In this document: positions 60,835 to 64,000 of the stretch, piece by piece
How positions within the stretch are numbered: position 1 is the stretch's first letter
How the letters are laid out: each line of letters begins with the position of its first letter
DNA from: an uncultured virus (IMG/VR IMGVR_UViG_3300033076_001192)
Taxonomy: Duplodnaviria > Heunggongvirae > Uroviricota > Caudoviricetes
IMG/VR virus record: IMGVR_UViG_3300033076_001192
Length of the DNA: 64,000 bases
Reading direction: 5' to 3' (one strand)
Notes under the pieces: generated by a model
The model's database searches: none
Told to the model about the DNA's origin: nothing
Seen by the model: the letters and a program-made list of their open reading frames with translations, nothing else
Made by a program: the position numbers and the translations under genes

Positions 60835-63800
60835 TTAAGCGTTTTGTGATTTTCTATAATTTTTCATAGCTTGTGCTTTTTTAGAATTATCAACGGTTTG
60901 TTTTATATAATTTTTATATTCTTCTGGTGACATATTTTTCAATTGGTCTGATGTAAGATTTGCTTTTCCTAAATCAGTTGGTTGTTGGTCTACGAATGTT
61001 ATATTACTTCCATCTGTTTTAAATTTATCAAACATAGCGTTAGTTAGATTTAAACTGCTAATATCTTTAAAATTCTGTCTTTGATTTAAATTTAATTGAT
61101 TTATAAAATTTCTATAATCTCTTTCCTGATTAGCTATTGTAGCCATCATTTTATTCTGATAATCTACATTGAATTGCTCATTTGATAAGTCTTCTTTTGA
61201 TGCTTGTCCTATATTAAATTGGTCAGCTTGAAATTGGTTTTGTGCATTAAATTGTTCTGCTTTAGCTATTGCATCATTAGAAGCTAATTGACTAGAAGCT
61301 AAACCTTGCGCATTTATTGCAAATTGAGTTTGTGCTGGAAGACCTGATTGAATTAAAGCCTCTTGTTGTGCTAATCTTTGTCTCTCTTGTTCTGCCAACA
61401 TAGGTTCAGGAGTTATTTTTACAGGTTCGATTCTTTGTAAGGAGACTTCTGGTTTATATATTGCTTGCATTTCGCTTGGAGGTACAACGTAATCTACAGG
61501 CAAATTTGCCATAGAAGTTCTATTTATATCTCTTTGTATAGTTGTGTTTTGTTCTTGTATTGGTTGTATGCTTTCAATAGGTTGTTCTCCACTCACTTGT
61601 CCTATCCAAAAATCAGAAGTAAGTCCTTTAGGTTTTATATATTTATCGTAAACTTCAGGAAATTTTTGTTTTAACTCAAAAGCTGAATTTACCCCTTCTT
61701 TTTTAACTTTTTCATAATCTTCTTTTGGAAGTATTGGTAACTCAAAGTTAGGTCTAGTAGAAGTGTAATTTCCTAGCATTGCATCTACACTTCTGACATC
61801 AGGTATATCATTTGTAGAAATAGTAAATTTATCTTTTTCTATTTGACTTTTCAAATTTTCTACTTCTTTTGAGTCTGTACCATAAATATTTTCAGCATCT
61901 CTAACTATAGAGTCATATTTTTTATTCACTGCTAATTGGTAGTCAGCTATGTTATTTTTATTAATTTTTCCATCTTTAAAATACACTGCATATAATTCTG
62001 GATGTATCCTTTTTATTTCATCTAATACTTCTTTAGGCTTAGTTTTTAATAGTTCTCCAAAACTATCCCAACCCTCACTTGTTGCAGATTGTTTTTTATA
62101 TAGAGCTGGGTCTTCAAATTTACTACCAATTCTGATTCCTTCTTGTGCCATAGGCACTTCTTGTCCTTCCTCTGTAGGATTAGATAAATTACCTTCCATA
62201 CTCTCTTCTTGCGGAGATTGTCCTTGTAGTTGATTAGCTACTTCTTGTATAGCTTGAACTGCTTGTTGCTCTGGTAAACCCATTTGAACTAATTGCTGTA
62301 CAATCTGTTCTGGTGGTAAACCTTGTTGTAACATTTGAGTAACTACTTGGAAAACTTCTTGTACAGGGGCTACCTGACCACCTTCTTGTAATAGTTGGTA
62401 AGCTCTGTCTAAAGATATATTATACTTTTTAGCTAACTCTTCTATTCTACCTCCTTCCTGATACAAAGAAGCTACCCTATTATTATTCATATCTAAACCT
62501 TCTTTACCTTGCTGTTGTGTAGATAACATTTTTTGGTAAGATGAGGAAGGTAAAACTATATTGTTAAATGCATCATTGGTAATAAATTCTCTATCTGTAT
62601 TAACATCGAATCCTTGTTCTGTTGGGTCTTTATAGTATAAATAATAACCGCTTCCAAGTTTTTCGTTTCTAACCCCTGATTGTACTTTTAAAAGTGGTTT
62701 TAATACAGATTGTGAAGGACTAGGTATAACATCAGAAGGTCTATAATTTTTTGATTCTGTACCTGGTACTCTTTTGTTTATGTTTCCACCCCTGTTTATA
62801 AATTCCTGATACTTATCTGTTGCTTTATATTTATCTAAACCTTCTTGAGTAACAAATTCTCTAGTTCCGTCAGAATTATAAATATAGTATCCTTTTCCTA
62901 ATTTATCATTTGTTACACCTGATTGTATGTAATCGGCAACTTTATAATTAGAATTTATCTTACCTCCTTCTTGCATTACAGGGTTTCCGTTTTTATCTAA
63001 TACCTGAGTACCATCTCCTTTTTTAGGTATACTTTCTTGTATTTTAAATAAATGTTCAAAAAGTTTATTAGATGCAACTTCTAATTCTTTAAGTTTTTCT
63101 TCTGATTCTTTTATCTCATCATTTAAAAGATTCTCATTTAGTCTTTTTGTAGTAGCATCTTTTATTTTTTCTACATCTCCTAACTTTTTTATATATTTGG
63201 ATTGCTCTTCAATAATCTCAGTTTTACCTATTTTTTTCTCGTACTTTTCCATCACTTTAGCAAAAGTATCTTCTTTTTTTACAGATAGTTTATACTTCTC
63301 TTTTAATTCTTTTGCTGTTTTTGCTCCAATTTTTGTATAATTCGATAAAACTTCTGCATCTGTTAGATTTACTTCTACTCCTCCATCTTTATGAGTATCT
63401 CCTATAACTTTTTTTACTTCTGCTGTATTATTATCTTTTACATATTCATTTCCTTCTAACTCTACATTACCTTGTCCTTCGTCTACTATAAACTTACCAG
63501 TTAAATAATCTGCTTTCGATATAGTTCCTCCTTCTTGCGCCATTATAGGTCTAGGATTATTATCATAAAGAGCGTTACGCATATTATCGTACACTTTTTG
63601 GTTTTCTCTTTCTGTGGATAAACCTGATAAGAAACTTCTAGCTCCTCCTAATAAAACTTTACCAGCTCCTGCCACTCCTCTTAAAGCATTCCAACCTTTC
63701 TCATCTCCTTTATAACCAAAAGATTGACCTAAAGAATAAAGAGCTTGTTCTGTTGATACTCCTGAGAAAGGGTTAAATATATTATAATTAATATTATCAT

Positions 63801-63996
63801 TATATTTCACATTGTTATTTTCAGGATAATCAGAAGCCTCATTAGCAAAACTGTTATTTATATTAGTTCCGTAATTGGTAAGCATAGTGTTTTGTAAACT
63901 TCTTAATCTATCTTCTTCCGAAGGTGTGTAAAGACTGTTAAAATCTATATTAGTGGAAAAAGATAAATCTTTGTTTTTTGATTGTTGCGCAAACAT
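60835..63996 (-). CDS. putative virion protein with repeated QEGG motifs (probably 5'-truncated by the window edge)
   Basis: frame open to the window end; ELEGNE...GDTHKDGGV; five xQEG(G/I) motifs; Q-rich segment. Confidence 0.6.
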   Translation of the reverse strand: MFAQQSKNKDLSFSTNIDFNSLYTPSEEDRLRSLQNTMLTNYGTNINNSFANEASDYPENNNVKYNDNINYNIFNPFSGVSTEQALYSLGQSFGYKGDEKGWNALRGVAGAGKVLLGGARSFLSGLSTERENQKVYDNMRNALYDNNPRPIMAQEGGTISKADYLTGKFIVDEGQGNVELEGNEYVKDNNTAEVKKVIGDTHKDGGVEVNLTDAEVLSNYTKIGAKTAKELKEKYKLSVKKEDTFAKVMEKYEKKIGKTEIIEEQSKYIKKLGDVEKIKDATTKRLNENLLNDEIKESEEKLKELEVASNKLFEHLFKIQESIPKKGDGTQVLDKNGNPVMQEGGKINSNYKVADYIQSGVTNDKLGKGYYIYNSDGTREFVTQEGLDKYKATDKYQEFINRGGNINKRVPGTESKNYRPSDVIPSPSQSVLKPLLKVQSGVRNEKLGSGYYLYYKDPTEQGFDVNTDREFITNDAFNNIVLPSSSYQKMLSTQQQGKEGLDMNNNRVASLYQEGGRIEELAKKYNISLDRAYQLLQEGGQVAPVQEVFQVVTQMLQQGLPPEQIVQQLVQMGLPEQQAVQAIQEVANQLQGQSPQEESMEGNLSNPTEEGQEVPMAQEGIRIGSKFEDPALYKKQSATSEGWDSFGELLKTKPKEVLDEIKRIHPELYAVYFKDGKINKNNIADYQLAVNKKYDSIVRDAENIYGTDSKEVENLKSQIEKDKFTISTNDIPDVRSVDAMLGNYTSTRPNFELPILPKEDYEKVKKEGVNSAFELKQKFPEVYDKYIKPKGLTSDFWIGQVSGEQPIESIQPIQEQNTTIQRDINRTSMANLPVDYVVPPSEMQAIYKPEVSLQRIEPVKITPEPMLAEQERQRLAQQEALIQSGLPAQTQFAINAQGLASSQLASNDAIAKAEQFNAQNQFQADQFNIGQASKEDLSNEQFNVDYQNKMMATIANQERDYRNFINQLNLNQRQNFKDISSLNLTNAMFDKFKTDGSNITFVDQQPTDLGKANLTSDQLKNMSPEEYKNYIKQTVDNSKKAQAMKNYRKSQNA

Positions 63997-64000
63997 TGGT

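Noticed and set aside
45443..62233. Plus-strand ORFs within the giant genes, and minus-strand ORFs within 1-32 kb
   Set aside because: Antisense shadows of real genes, with Ser/Phe/Leu-rich composition and no motifs
45073..63996. crAss-like virion RNA polymerase among the giant proteins
   Set aside because: No DxDGD/DFDID catalytic motif was seen in any of the five proteins
1..64000. Stop-codon reassignment
   Set aside because: Long genes are intact in the standard code, and TAA, TAG and TGA all end recognisable genes

Overview
A 64 kb segment of an AT-rich dsDNA bacteriophage, probably lytic and infecting Bacteroidota (Flavobacterium-like). The host call rests on many TAnnTTTG host-type promoters. 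Bases 1-32.4 kb are on the + strand and encode replication and metabolism: DnaB-like helicase, family A DNA polymerase, two DNA methyltransferases, an HD-domain alarmone-hydrolase-like protein, an RNA-repair cluster (AEP-like protein, Thg1, RNA ligase, Pol-beta nucleotidyltransferase, PNK/phosphatase), two free-standing homing endonucleases, exonucleases, an intein-containing class II ribonucleotide reductase, thioredoxin and many small ORFs. From 32.4 kb the genes are on the - strand: small ORFs, a metallophosphoesterase, a Prim-Pol and five very large putative virion/ejected proteins (45-64 kb). The most striking feature is an integron-like cassette array at 39.2-44.4 kb. Nine attC-like hairpin sites (seven of 130-136 bp, one expanded, one truncated) separate ten cassettes, most bounded by their own matching GTT.../...AAC inverted repeats. 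There is no integrase in the window, all cassette ORFs are inverted relative to the canonical integron layout, and some ORFs start inside the attC loop. Other notable items are a kissing-loop RNA upstream of a homing endonuclease, a DGR-variable-region-like segment, a terminator-ended leader before the RNR, and terminal-only cysteines in the giant virion proteins. All product calls come from motif recognition by eye; no searches were run.
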